Shown here in pieces: positions 21,822-33,907 of a stretch of 64,000 nucleotides of DNA. The DNA is from Candidatus Poribacteria bacterium (GTDB lineage: Bacteria; Poribacteria; WGA-4E; WGA-3G): assembly GCA_965197475.1 (NCBI GenBank), contig CBDANF010000003.1:608001-672000 (forward strand), in the 5' to 3' direction. Position numbers and translations under genes: made by a program. Positions within the stretch are counted from its first letter, which is position 1. Every line of letters starts with the position of its first letter. The notes beneath the pieces are model-generated. The model saw nothing but the letters and a program-made list of their open reading frames with translations, was not told the DNA's origin and searched no databases.

Positions 21822-23138
21822 ATGAAAACAGGTTTTTTCTGTAGGCGACTTTCCTCGTCCCGCTTTAATCACAAACTGCATTCGCTTCTACTAATCGGCG
21901 CAATGCTCTTCACGTTCCTCGTTAGTTCCCCTCTTGCACAAACAGACGTTCAAAATCTTGCCGTTGTTGTGAATGCGTTAGAAAAAGATGACATGAATAT
22001 CACCTCTTCACTTTCAATTATTGATCTGGACGAACCCGATCTGAAACGCGCAATTGATCGTGAAGTTATTACTATAGGCGATGTGCCGAGTGATATTCTC
22101 ATCCATGGACATCTTGCATACATCTCTCGTTTCGATTGGCTTTCTGGTTATTCTAACGACAGTATTTTAATTGTCAATCTGGAACGGCGCGAGATTGCTG
22201 GCGTAATCCCGATTCAATCTGGGGCATATCCACAAAGTCTCGCGCTTGTGAATCCGAATAAGATGTATGTTACCTGCGATAACGCGCATCAGGTGCATGT
22301 CGTTGACATCGGCAGTCGCAGTGTGACCAATATTATTACAGATCCATCCTTCAACAAAACCACCGGCATTACGATTCTCAACGGAAAGGCTTATGTGACC
22401 AATCCAGCTTGGGAGTTGGATGCGGCAACGGGTAAAACCGTCTATCACCAAAGTAGTGTCACTGTAATAGATACACAGACAGACTCGGTATTGAAATCTA
22501 TCTCAATGCCCAGCAATGCTGGTGGAATTCTCAACGATGGTGGCTCCACCGTAATTGTAAAGACAACAGGCGATTACAATCTGATTTCCGGCAAACTTGT
22601 TCTAATTGACACTACTACCGATGAAGTTATCAAAACAGTTGACCTTCGGATGACTCCAGGGTCTTTTGCAATCAATTCAGAGAAACAGGTATTTATCCAA
22701 GGCGGATGGTTGAACCCCGGTCTACTGATCTATGATGTGCCAACCCAAAAGTGGATTCGAAACATAAAGTGGATTCGAAACATAAATAATATACTCGCCG
22801 AGTTCGGTGGTGGGGCAGGGATGGCTTTTGGACAAGATGGAAACCTCTACATCACTAAACCGAATTGGGGGCTCGGTGAACTATCTACTATGCTCGTTAT
22901 GAGACCAGATGAGACACTCGTCAAAACATACCAACTCGGACACGGCACGGATAAGGTAGCACTTGTGCAAATTGTGCCGCGCGATGAGGATGTAAACGAC
23001 GATGGTTTTGTTAACATAAAAGACCTCGTCATAGTCAGTCAGGATTTCGGTCAAAGAGGTCCCGGCATACTTGGTGATGTTAACAAGGATGGTGAGGTTA
23101 ACATCCGTGATTTAATCCTTGTTGCTCAGAATTTCTAA
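21822..23138 (+). CDS. Secreted YncE/BtuG-like beta-propeller with C-terminal dockerin-like double EF-hand; probable B12-binding protein
   Basis: GGAGG RBS; signal peptide; KMYVT, GKAYVTN, SVTVIDTQTD repeats; DVNDDGFVNIKDL and DVNKDGEVNIRDL; directly behind the cobalamin riboswitch. Confidence 0.7.
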   Translation: MKTGFFCRRLSSSRFNHKLHSLLLIGAMLFTFLVSSPLAQTDVQNLAVVVNALEKDDMNITSSLSIIDLDEPDLKRAIDREVITIGDVPSDILIHGHLAYISRFDWLSGYSNDSILIVNLERREIAGVIPIQSGAYPQSLALVNPNKMYVTCDNAHQVHVVDIGSRSVTNIITDPSFNKTTGITILNGKAYVTNPAWELDAATGKTVYHQSSVTVIDTQTDSVLKSISMPSNAGGILNDGGSTVIVKTTGDYNLISGKLVLIDTTTDEVIKTVDLRMTPGSFAINSEKQVFIQGGWLNPGLLIYDVPTQKWIRNIKWIRNINNILAEFGGGAGMAFGQDGNLYITKPNWGLGELSTMLVMRPDETLVKTYQLGHGTDKVALVQIVPRDEDVNDDGFVNIKDLVIVSQDFGQRGPGILGDVNKDGEVNIRDLILVAQNF

Positions 23139-23297
23139 ACGCGAGTAGTAGGTGTGCGTATAGAATGGAAAACATCCTTGCTTTAGTACTATTGTAGTAA
23201 ATTTCGAAAATATGTGAACACTTACTTCCCTATGTCGTAGCACAAACTGTTAGTCTTTGTTTCCGTATCTGCACAAACTGCACAAGAAGGTTTCGTT

Positions 23298-25217
23298 ATG
23301 GGTAAATGGTGGTTTTTGCTTTTTCTACCGATACTATGCATCGGTTGCACATCGGAAACACAAGAGGACGCACTATCATGGCAAATTACCTTTTTTCCTC
23401 TCGGTGCCAAAGTGCAGTTTGCCAACCAAGCACCGATTAAGCAGGTCTCTGCCTTCAATTCCGATGGCACAATGGTCGCACAACTCAATTTTCCCTTCCT
23501 GCCGCGACAGATAGAATCGCTCTATTTTGAGTGGCAGGAAGGAGAAACTTATAGATTTGAGGCGACTTCGTCCTCGGACCGTGTTAGCGTTCAAAGGGTG
23601 ACAGCACCGCGCGCATATTCCCGCGGCAGCTTGGAGATTGCTATCCCTTACGGTGCCGTAATGAAATCGGGTGCGCAAAATCGGTTGGGTGGCAATCAGA
23701 AGGCAGTTATCCTGCAAGGGAGCGAAATGACTGCCACAGTTATTGTCACAAATGGAAATGCTCCCGTCACCTTTGATCTGGAGTTATGCTTACCATCAAC
23801 ATTGGCTGTCGCTCGAATGCCAGTGGACTGGGAAGCAGAGACAACGGATATGGAAACCTGCCTTTCAACAACAGGGACGTTTAGCGTCACGTCGGAAGTC
23901 TGGTTTCGCGAATTAGTTTTAAAAACATCCGAAGTTTCAGAAGAAACACCGGATCAATCGGACATACAAGAAATTTCAGGTGTTGTCCGTTTTACGGCAA
24001 CCGATGAAGGGACATGGGAACAGAAAGCGACGGTGCAGCTGCGTATAGCGACCGTTCCAGAGATTGTTGAACATATTTCCATTGCATCAATTGGGATGCC
24101 TACGGATGCAGCAGGCATAGCAGATCGGAGGCAGCGAGAAGATACCATTTATCATCCTCGTCCTTTGTTCAGTGGGTTCGGAACGCCACAGACTGATGCA
24201 TACACTCCTGTAACCTACCAGACAATTCAGCTTAACAATCAGGGTAAAGAGACTATCCACGTGGTTGTTTCATCCATCAACCGCGATGTGAAAAGTGGGG
24301 AGGCAGTGCCGTTTCTCGCGCCGCCAGATGCAGTCAATGCTGGCACAGATCGGAGTATTAGTTTTGCCAGTTTACCGGGGGGAGAGCTGGCCTCTATCTC
24401 TTTGCCTATCTATTTTCACCCACAATCTGCTGAAGCCGGTGAATACGAACGTGAAATTGGTGTGAAGATATGGGGGAGTGACACGACAGTCCTGAGTGAA
24501 AAAAGACCACTTCACATCATCGTTCCAAACCGACACGCGTTGTTTGTGAGCGGATTGGCAATCATCGCTAGCTGCATCGGACTTGTAGTGCTACTTCGGT
24601 TTCACAGCCAATTCTTTCTCCGTTTCACGACCAAACAACTCATTGTTATAGCACTATTCGGCACAACGATATTTGTGACAGTCGTAGTGCCATCAACACT
24701 ATTTTTGAACCTTATCCGCGTGATACTTGGACCTATCTCTGTTCTACTGACGGGATTGATTAATGAAACGCTCTACTATGCATTGCTCACAGCATTGTTA
24801 ATCTATATTTATGGTGCCTTCGGTGATAAGACACCGCAAGGTTCCGATGCCTCGCAAACCTACGGTAAAGGCGGTGTCATCTTGCTCGTCTCTGCTGTTC
24901 GTTTACTTCTTGGTGCTGTTACGTTCGGGCTTTTCACACCGATGACTATTATCTACACAGGGACAAGTGTTCTACTGCTTGAAACAGGGTTTCTGCTTGT
25001 CCGAAGGCGTGGCCTGCTTGCATGGGCACTTGTTCTCGGTATCTGCGATGCAATTGCTGTGTATGTCGATTTTCAACTCTCTATCCTATTTTATCGTCTC
25101 TTTTTCGCAGATTGGTATATTTGGCTGCGAATTCTTGTTGAAGGGTTCGCGTATACATTTATCGGTGTACTGCTTGGAGCGAGATTAGGTCGCGGATTGT
25201 GGCGAGTGGCGGATTAA
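23298..25217 (+). CDS. Lipoprotein-signal protein with a large soluble domain and a C-terminal multi-TM domain resembling an ECF-transporter S component
   Basis: MGKWWFLLFLPILCIGC lipobox-like; about 400 aa soluble; then about 6-7 TM helices starting FTTKQLIVIALFG. Confidence 0.55.
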   Translation: MGKWWFLLFLPILCIGCTSETQEDALSWQITFFPLGAKVQFANQAPIKQVSAFNSDGTMVAQLNFPFLPRQIESLYFEWQEGETYRFEATSSSDRVSVQRVTAPRAYSRGSLEIAIPYGAVMKSGAQNRLGGNQKAVILQGSEMTATVIVTNGNAPVTFDLELCLPSTLAVARMPVDWEAETTDMETCLSTTGTFSVTSEVWFRELVLKTSEVSEETPDQSDIQEISGVVRFTATDEGTWEQKATVQLRIATVPEIVEHISIASIGMPTDAAGIADRRQREDTIYHPRPLFSGFGTPQTDAYTPVTYQTIQLNNQGKETIHVVVSSINRDVKSGEAVPFLAPPDAVNAGTDRSISFASLPGGELASISLPIYFHPQSAEAGEYEREIGVKIWGSDTTVLSEKRPLHIIVPNRHALFVSGLAIIASCIGLVVLLRFHSQFFLRFTTKQLIVIALFGTTIFVTVVVPSTLFLNLIRVILGPISVLLTGLINETLYYALLTALLIYIYGAFGDKTPQGSDASQTYGKGGVILLVSAVRLLLGAVTFGLFTPMTIIYTGTSVLLLETGFLLVRRRGLLAWALVLGICDAIAVYVDFQLSILFYRLFFADWYIWLRILVEGFAYTFIGVLLGARLGRGLWRVAD

Positions 25218-25282
25218 TTGTGGGTATTCATAAATAAACGATCCCATTCTAAACCAATGTATAATTGAGTAATGTGAGAGTT

Positions 25283-25464
25283 AATTGTCTGAGCCAGGAT
25301 TCACAGGATTTTAGGATTTCCAAGATTATGAATCAACACTAAATGCGCTTATAGCACTGGTTGGGTTTCACGTTGTTCTATCCAACTTATACCATTTCTA
25401 TTTGAAAAACTTACATAACGACTATTCTTTAAAAGTCCCCCTGATAAGGGGGACTTAGGGGGTT
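25283..25464. repeat. Dispersed repeat copies
   Basis: TTGTCTGAGCCAGGATT...GATTTCCAAGATTA resembles 1523-1566; GTCCCCCTGATAAGGGGGACTTAGGGGGTT resembles the 190-bp unit arm. Confidence 0.6.
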
Positions 25465-25628
25465 TCTTCCACGGACAAATCCCTAATGAAAGATAATTTA
25501 TTAGAAATGGTATTACACTTGATTCCTCATTTCGGACTCACGTTAAATTTGTGTATTTGTCTGGGCGGTGCTGAATGTCGACCTTTCTACCTCTCTCCTT
25601 CTCTCTTTGCTCAAATTTCCCTTTTTTG

Positions 25629-25669
25629 CAGAATTGTGAAACTTTTTCACTTCAAGTCGCGTCACTATA
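25629..25669 (+). promoter_or_regulatory. Conserved ECF-type promoter, copy 2
   Basis: CAGAAT..TGAAACT-N15-GCGTCACTATA. Confidence 0.6.
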
Positions 25670-25712
25670 TGTTGATGTGAAATGATGAACTTCCCTTTTT
25701 CAGAGGTGTCTG

Positions 25713-28688
25713 ATGAAGAATGACGATGCGAAACTCATTCAACGTGTCCTTGATGGCGATGATACTGCGTTCTCCGCGCTTGTGAAAAAATATCAGAAGC
25801 AGGTTCACGCGCTTGTGTGGCGGAAGATTGGAGATTTCCACATCGCCGAGGAGCTTACGCAAGACACCTTTCTGAAAGCATACAAGAAATTGGATGCGCT
25901 GAAGAAACCTCAGCGTTTCGCCAGTTGGCTCTATGTGATAGTGACAAACCACTGCAAGTCGTGGCTTCGTAAAAAGCGTTTGCGGATGCAGTCGCTGGAA
26001 GATACGAGTAGTTCGCAGTTTGAAAAAGCGACGTATTCACAATATGTCATTGAGGAAAACGAGCGAACAGTAGCGGAAGCACAGCGCGAGGTCGTCAAGA
26101 AGTTACTCGCGAAGTTACAGGAGAGTGATCGAACTGTCATTACGCTCTACTATCTTGGCGGAATGACGTATGAGGAGATAAGCGAGTTTTTAGGTGTATC
26201 GGTAAGTGCGATTAAGAATCGTCTCTACCGTGCGCGGCAACGTTTAAAGAAGGAGGAACCGATGATTAGAGAAGCACTCGACCATTTCCAAATTTCACCT
26301 AACCTAACCGATAACATTATGCGAGAGGTGGCACAACTTAAACCCGCTGTTCCCGCAGGCAGTAAGCCGCTTGTGCCCTGGGCAGTTGCTGCTTCAAGTG
26401 CCGTTTTGATTGTGTTAATGCTTGGCATCGGCAGTCAATACTTGGCACGTTTTCAGAAACCTTATAGTTATGATGCGCAAGCTGAGATGACGGTTGAACT
26501 TATTGACACACCTATTGTACTAAATATAGACGCGAAGCCGGATGTACGTCGTCAATTTGGGAATTTAAATGCACTTGGTAGAAGTGATAATGACGGTCAG
26601 AAACCGGATGAGGAATTGTTGGCTGCGCAGGCCGATGGAGAGGACATTTCTGTCTCTAAACAGCAGTGGATTCAGTCAAAACCTACCGAGGGAACTATGG
26701 TAGAAGGTTTACTTGTGAGCTCTGATGGAAAACTTTACACGCTCGCTCGTGGGCACCTATACAAATTACAGGATGATAGAGAGGGATGGCAACACGTTAG
26801 TGACATGAGTTTAAAAACTGATGTTCCGCTTATTGGTATTCCTATGGCAGAGTGGGACAACACCCTCTATATTGTTCCATCAAATAAACTCTATGCTTCA
26901 AAGGATAATGGTAAAACGTGGAATTTAGTCCACGAATTCCCAGATAAATATAGTTTTCCAAACCAATTGTTACTGACTAAACAAGCCTTTTATATCGTAT
27001 ATGAAATTCACGGTGCTTTCCGTTCTGAGGATAAAGGCAAGACATGGAAAAATATAAACGATGAATTTCCCAGCGAACCTAATTATATTGTAACGGCCCA
27101 AGACACGGTATTTGCTTTAGCAGGTAATGTCTATCGCTGGAACTCCGGTAGTTGGCAACGTTTAGCAGAATTCCCAGTACCTCAAGCAAAGTCATGTTTT
27201 TCCATTACAGCAACCAAAGATAAGTTGTATGCATTCGCAGTTAATGCCTATTTTGATCCTGACAAAGCAGCGGAAGGTGAACGAGGTTGGTGGATATTTC
27301 GCTCAACTGACTTGGGAAATTCGTGGAAAGATATTACGCCAACACATGTCTGGAATGCAAGAGAGGGATGGAGAATCAATATAAAACTTATTGCTGCAGG
27401 TGAAACACTCTTTGCACTGGAACAAGGTATGGTGCGCTCTACCGATGGTGGAGATACATGGATGCCACTACAAGCACAAGGTGTTTCACCTACAATGTTT
27501 TCTAATTCTCCCGCCTTGGCATTGAACGAGCGTGTTTTTTATCTTGGCAGCCTTGATGAAGGACTTCAACGTTCTACTGATAGCGGTAAATCATGGGACG
27601 TGGTAAATGTTACTCCGGAAATGAGTGGGATAAGTAGTCTAATTGTGTTTAAAGAAGATGCTAAGGAGCGGAACATGCTTCCGATAATTTATGGAAGTAT
27701 TGGAGATATGCTAAAGACTGCTGACCAGGGTAAGTCTTGGACAACTATCCCAACCGTGTCAATGACAACACGGTATAGAGAAGAACCACTACAAATAACA
27801 CAAATAGTAAATTCTGGCGGTGTGATCTATGCAAAAGGATACAATTCTTTGATTTCTGAGCATGACATTAAAACAACACAAATATATCATCTATCTAAAG
27901 ATAGCAATACATTAGTGCCGATTCAAGACATGCCCATATTTGACCCATGGATAGGGAGCCAACTATCTCAAAGAAAACTTGACATGTCAGATGAAGCGTT
28001 CGCTGAACAATTGCAAGAAAGATTCTCTGGTGCAACGGTGTTCTTCAGACAATTAGTTGAAAAAAATTAGCAACAGCAAAGAGGACTTCGCCGATCTGGG
28101 TTGCGTGGTGCGTTTGCCGTGAGTGGCGACACGTTCTACATAGAATACAATTTTAAGCTTTTTCGATGGGAACCCGGGGATACAGAATGGCAGGATATCG
28201 GTGTTGAAGAAACCGATGAATTATCTTTGAACATAGGAAGAAATCTCAAACTTGCAGTTTCAGGTGATACAGTTTATGCCGGGAAACGGGATGGACACCT
28301 TGTCGTATCGTATGATAGGGGAAATAATTGGATTGATCTAACACCTGCACTACCGTTTTCTGTTGAAGTTTTCAAAGAGATTATGGTTGCTGGATCTACC
28401 GTATATGTAGCAACGGACGCAGGTATTATTACATCAGATGATGGTAGAAATTGGCGAGTCGTCGCTGATGCAGAGGGCACTAATCTCATCATGGAACACT
28501 TGGCTGTTGACGGCACAACGCTTTTTGGCATCACTAAAGGGACAGGTATCTATCGCTTAAAAAACGGTACTTGGGAACAGGTTGTTTCAGAAATACCAGA
28601 AGGTATAACTTCTCTTGCTGTTGACGAAAACACGTTATACGTAGGCACTAAAAGAAACGGTATGCTTCATTTCAATCTTGAAGAATAA
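25713..28688 (+). CDS. ECF sigma factor-TM-BNR/Asp-box beta-propeller fusion, interrupted by an in-frame TAG at 28068-28070 (pseudogene or readthrough)
   Basis: ORFs 25713..28070 and 28101..28688 share a frame with one TAG between them; sigma regions 2/4, TM, S.D.G.TW repeats; joined product is colinear with the next paralog. Confidence 0.85.
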
Positions 28689-28765
28689 TGTTCCTTGTTA
28701 GGACGGTGCCAAATGCCACCCTTCTTATCTCTATCCACCTTTTCCTCCAAAAATTTCTCTTTTTG

Positions 28766-28807
28766 CAGAATTATGCAACCGTTTTGCCTCTAACTTGCGT
28801 CACTATA
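28766..28807 (+). promoter_or_regulatory. Conserved ECF-type promoter, copy 3
   Basis: CAGAAT..TGCAACC-N16-GCGTCACTATA. Confidence 0.6.
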
Positions 28808-28852
28808 GTTTGATATGTGATTAATCAAACTATCGCTTTCTGGAGACACCTG

Positions 28853-31800
28853 ATGAAACACGACGATGTTGCACTTATCAGACGAATTCTCGCTGGTGAT
28901 GAACCCGCTTTCGCTGAGCTTGTAAAAAAATACCAAAAGCCGGTTCACGCACTGGCTTGGCGGAAGCTTGGAGATTTCCACATCGCCGAAGAGATAACGC
29001 AAGATGCCTTTCTGAAAGTGTATCAGAGACTTCACACCCTGAAAGATCCGCGCCAGTTTTCCGGATGGCTCTATGTGATTACGACAAACCTATGCGCCAC
29101 ATGGCTCCGCAAAAAACGGATACAAACGCAACCTTTAGACGGTTCAGAAATAACGATGGCGGATTCAGAAACAACGATGATTCAAAGAGATGCTTATTCC
29201 CTACATGTCGCAGAAGATCGTGCTAAAACTGTTGTTGAAGCACAACGCGAAGTCGTCAAGAAGCTGCTTGCAAAGTTGAAAGAGAGTGAACGCACAGTGA
29301 TGACGCTCCACTACCTCGGTGAAATGACATGTGAAGAGATTAGCAAGTTTTTGGGGGTGTCTGCGGGGACAATTAAAAGTCGCCTGCAACGTGCGCGGCA
29401 CCGTTTACAAAAGGAGGAAACGATGATTAGAGAAGCACTCGACCATTTTAAAATTTCACCGAACTTAACCGATAACATTATGCGAGAAATCGCACGACTT
29501 AAACCGGCTGCACCTACTGGCAGCAAACCTTTGATGCCGTGGGCAGTTGCTGCATCAAGTGCAATTTTGATTGTGTTGATACTTGGCATAGGCAGCCAAT
29601 ACTTAGTCCGTTTTCAGCAACCCTATAGTTTGGATGCGCAAGCTGAGACAACAGTTGAACTCGTTGACGCGCCTATTGTGCTAAATCTTGAGGTGAAGCC
29701 CGATGTACGTCGTCAACTTGGGAATTCAAATGCACTTGGTGAAAACGATAGCCGTGGAGAAAAACCTGATGAAGTTTTATTGGCTGCCGCACAAGCAGAA
29801 GGAGAAGACACTTCTGCTCAAAAACAGGAATGGATTCAGGGAAACGTACCCGAAATGGGAACCTATATGGGTGCTCTATTTCTTACACCCGATGGGGAAA
29901 TCTACTTAGTTCACCCCGGTAAATATATCTATAAACTGCTTGTTGATAGATCTGAATTACAGCTTGTAAAAGACGTTGGTAAACTTGCAACAGGATGGGA
30001 TGATAAAGTCCCTCTGGCAAAATTGAACGACAAGCTATATGTTGTAATTAATGATGAACTATTTAGTTCTACAGATGATGGTAAAACGTTACAATCAGTC
30101 GGTAAATGTCCAGAAGGCAACGTACGTGATTTAGTAATAACGGACGAAGTGTTTTACCTTGTCCACGAAGATAGTATTTTCTCCTCTACAGACTCTGGAA
30201 AGACGTGGACTCCAGTGGTGGATAAAGGTTTGTCAGGTAGATTAAATTCGTTGGATGCAATTCAAAACACACTATTTGCTTCTACAGACACAGGCCTGTA
30301 CCGTCTTAATGCAGGCAATTGGGAACGTTTGCAATTTCCGGTGGATGGAGCCGATGTTTTCACTTCGTTTGCAGGAACTGAAAACAGTCTCTATGTGAAG
30401 GCAGAATTACATTTTGAAAAGAATGATTGGAAAAAACAGTCCTGGTGGATTTTTCGCTCAACCGATAACGGAGATTCGTGGACAGATATAACGCCTACAA
30501 ATGCCTGGCATTTTATTGGGGAACCTCCCGCTGTAGAACTTGCCGCAGCGGGAAAAACAGTTTTAGTGATCGGCAAAAGCGATGGTTTTGTAGCACGTTC
30601 AATTGACAACGGAAACACATGGACACTTGTGGAAAACACCGGCATTCCCATTTCAAGTAGTGGTATTTCACAGGTAGTGGCTATTAATGAACGTACATAT
30701 TTTTCATCTGGCAATTCTGGAATATTGCACTCGGTTGATGGGGGACTATCGTGGGAGCGGTTTAATATTGGCATGGATGGCAGAATAGACAACCTAATAT
30801 TCATTCGAAATAATAATGTGCAAAATCCTTCAAGAACCTTCTACGCTCTGATTCTCAGCGACATATATAAATCCAGTGACAGTGGAAAATCTTGGCGAGT
30901 GATCAATCCAAAGAGACAAATCACGGAATTTAAGCCTAATCAGGAAGCACCTCCGAAATTTACTCAGATCGGTGAATCCGATGGAATTCTCTATGCAAAA
31001 TTTGGTGGAAGATCTCTTAGGGATGAAGAAGCTGGTATATATCGGATATCTATAGATGGTGCAAACTTTGTTCCGATTCAAGGTATGCCTCTCCTTAACT
31101 CACAGAAAATAAAAAGCCTGGTATCACAGCGATTCCAAGGTCGTCTGAATATGTCAGACAAGTCCTTTTTTGAGAATTTGAAAGAGAATGGCTTCGGTTC
31201 GACTCAGTTTTTCAAACAGTTAGCACGAGGGGAAATTCAGAAGCAAGATGGACAAATTAAGACACAACTATATACTGAACAAGTTACTCTTATCAATTCG
31301 GGTTTAGGCGGTGAGTTTGCAGTCAGTGGCGACACATTCTACATGGTATACAATTTCAAACTCTTTAGATGGAGACCCGGTGATACAGAGTGGTACGACA
31401 CGGGTGTGGAAGAGACAGCGGAACTCACATATAAAAAAGTTGTAAAGGCATTAGAACGAGAAGGTTTGCCAAAGGAAAAGATTGGTGAAATCCTTATGTC
31501 TTGGCTGCGAGGATTAAAACTTGCGGTTTTAGGTGACATAGTCTACGTGGGAAAACGGGATGGACAGCTTGTCGTATCTTTTGATAAAGGTGACAATTGG
31601 ATTGATATCACCTACAATTTACCGTTTAAAGTTAAAGCCTTAAAAGATATCGTATTTGCGGGTTCCACGGTGTATGTAGCAACTGATGAAGGAGTTGTTA
31701 CATCAAGTGATGGAAAACGGTAGCAAGCCGTCACCGATTCAGAGGGAACGCCTATCAATATGAACAAACTGGCTGTTGATAGCACAACGCTTTATGGTGT

Positions 31801-31957
31801 TTCCAAAAGAACAGGTGTCTATCGCTTGGAAAGCGGCACTTGGAAACAGATCGTCTCTGAGGTGCCGATTCGTGTAAATTCCCTCGTTGTTGATGGGAAC
31901 ACGCTATACGTGGGAATACAAGAACGCGGTATGCTTCATTTCAATCTTGAAGAATAA
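28853..31957 (+). CDS. ECF sigma factor-TM-BNR/Asp-box beta-propeller fusion, interrupted by an in-frame TAG at 31721-31723
   Basis: ORFs ..31723 and 31760..31957 share a frame; SDGKR*QAVTDSEG aligns with DDGRNWRVVADAEG of the paralog; both end GMLHFNLEE. Confidence 0.85.
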
Positions 31958-32199
31958 TAAAATTCGCATATTTTGTTGGGCGGTGCTAAATGCCGCCCTT
32001 CCCACCTCCTAAGGTAACCTTAAGCTTACCTAAAATCCCGCCTTAATAGCTATCTTTCAGCTATTTTCCTAAAAGCATCTCATCTGAACTAAATGTTGTA
32101 ACCTCTGATACGTTAGAGTTTACGCAAATATGAAAAAAGAGCGGAAAATAGTATAATATTGGCACACTATCCATTTTTTCCTCTTTTTTTAATTTTTGG

Positions 32200-32241
32200 C
32201 AGAATTATGCACCAGTTTTCCTCCTAACATGCGTCACTATA
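32200..32241 (+). promoter_or_regulatory. Conserved ECF-type promoter, copy 4
   Basis: CAGAAT..TGCACCA-N16-GCGTCACTATA. Confidence 0.6.
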
Positions 32242-32261
32242 GAGTGATCGGAGGTAATTCT

Positions 32262-32570
32262 ATGAAAACCACTGATGTTGAGCTCATCAACCGCATTCTC
32301 AATGGCGATGATACTGCCTTCACTGAACTTGTGAAAAAGTACCAAAAACCGGTTCACGCGCTTGTGTGGCGTAAAATTGGAGATTTCCACATCTCCGAGG
32401 AAATTACACAGGATACATTCCTAAAGGTATATCAAGAATTAGCGACACTGAAGAAGCCGCAGAGTTTTGCAAGTTGGCTTTATGTGATTGCCGCAAACAA
32501 TTGTAGTACGTGGCTGCGTAAAAAGCGTGTTTGGACGCATCCGCTGGAAAATACAAACATCTCACACTGA
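32262..32570 (+). pseudogene. Truncated fourth ECF sigma-fusion paralog (region 2 only)
   Basis: MKTTDVELINRILNGDDTAF...FASWLYVIAANNC; similarity ends at about 32558, next to IS sequence. Confidence 0.85.
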
Positions 32571-32729
32571 TATTTCTCAGAATGGTCTTCAACCTAATAA
32601 TCATCAATAGAAACAAGGTGTAACGCCATGAAAATGCGTTTTTGCTGTGTCCATTTTCCTTGACTTTTATAGCATGAGAGCCCATCCTAATTACAGTTTC
32701 AGACATAAAATGCATTAGGAGGACATCTC

Positions 32730-33883
32730 ATGCTAACTCAGCTTATCAAATCTATAACCTTTTTTCAACTACTTCTTTCTTCACAGTTTCGCACCTTGAA
32801 ACAGGGTCTTGTTCATACCTTAGTGTTTTTGTCAACCTGTCATCTGTTTGGACTTACTAACCCGGATCAAGTGGCGGATGCGCTGTCTATTCCGAAAGCG
32901 AGACTATATCGGGCACTGAATACGATGAGTCTTTATCTCTGGCAGCATCTTTTTGTGCGTATCGGGTGTTCTATTGCGTTAGAGGTGCTACAGGAGGCAG
33001 TATCAAAAAGTGCTTCTACCCTATCGCGTCTGTGTATCGTCATCAGTGTGGATGATACCTTTGTTTTCCGTTATGGAGCGGAGCTCTCCTACGTATCTGA
33101 TTGGTGGTCTTCTCAAGCAAATCAGCCGATGAAGGGACAAAATATATTGGGGATCACAATAAAGATTGGAAATCAGATCATTCCGCTGAATATGCGACTG
33201 GTCAGCAAACAAGGCCGCGGGAACACGGATAAACCCTCCTGTGTCATCACTATGTTCAAGGAAGTGGTGTCTTTCTTTGAAGAGACCGGAATAGATATCC
33301 GAAACTATCCGATCACCTTCGATGCGTGGTATGGCAGCCACCACTTGATTGACACCTTGCGAGAAATGGGATTTGAAACGATCCTTGTGCACGGAAAAAG
33401 CAACTATGTGATGACGATTGATGAAAAAAGGGTGAAACTCTCGGAACATAAAAAGTCGATCCAACTCCTCTCCAATCAATGGGGTTGCGATAAACCGGTC
33501 TATCGCACTAAAGCCACAAGTCCAACTTTTGGAAAAGTCGTGGTGTTGTTCTTGGCAGACCGTGGCAACATCCGAACAATGCGGTATTCGGGAAACCGCT
33601 GCGTGCGTGTGAAATCCTACGGATATGGTCTCAACACCACGGTATAGAACAGTATTGGCGGTATCTAAAAACAGACCTAAACCTCGCATCCATGAGCCTA
33701 AAAGGACGGAATGGCGCGTATGCGAACTTAGGTGTGAAAGTGATGAGCTACCTTTTGATACAGCAGGTCAGTCGCTCCGTGCGAAAAACCTTTCATCAAG
33801 GACAACTTGAACTTTCAGGACAGAGGCAGATGCTGTCTGATCTCAGCGAGCATTTTCATGAACAAATACCAAGAAAACATTGA
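32730..33883 (+). pseudogene. DDE transposase (IS4/IS701-like), frameshifted near 33585
   Basis: ISVDDT, ITFDAWYGS; shifted frame continues VFGKPLRACEILRIWSQHHGIEQYWRYLK into ORF 33692..33883. Confidence 0.75.
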
Positions 33884-33907
33884 TAAACATTGACATATGA
33901 AGAATTG

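Noticed and set aside
25713-31957. Genome-wide TAG recoding or a diversity-generating retroelement
   Set aside because: TAG ends normal genes at their expected C-termini (e.g. 15169); no reverse transcriptase or adenine-specific TR/VR pair is seen
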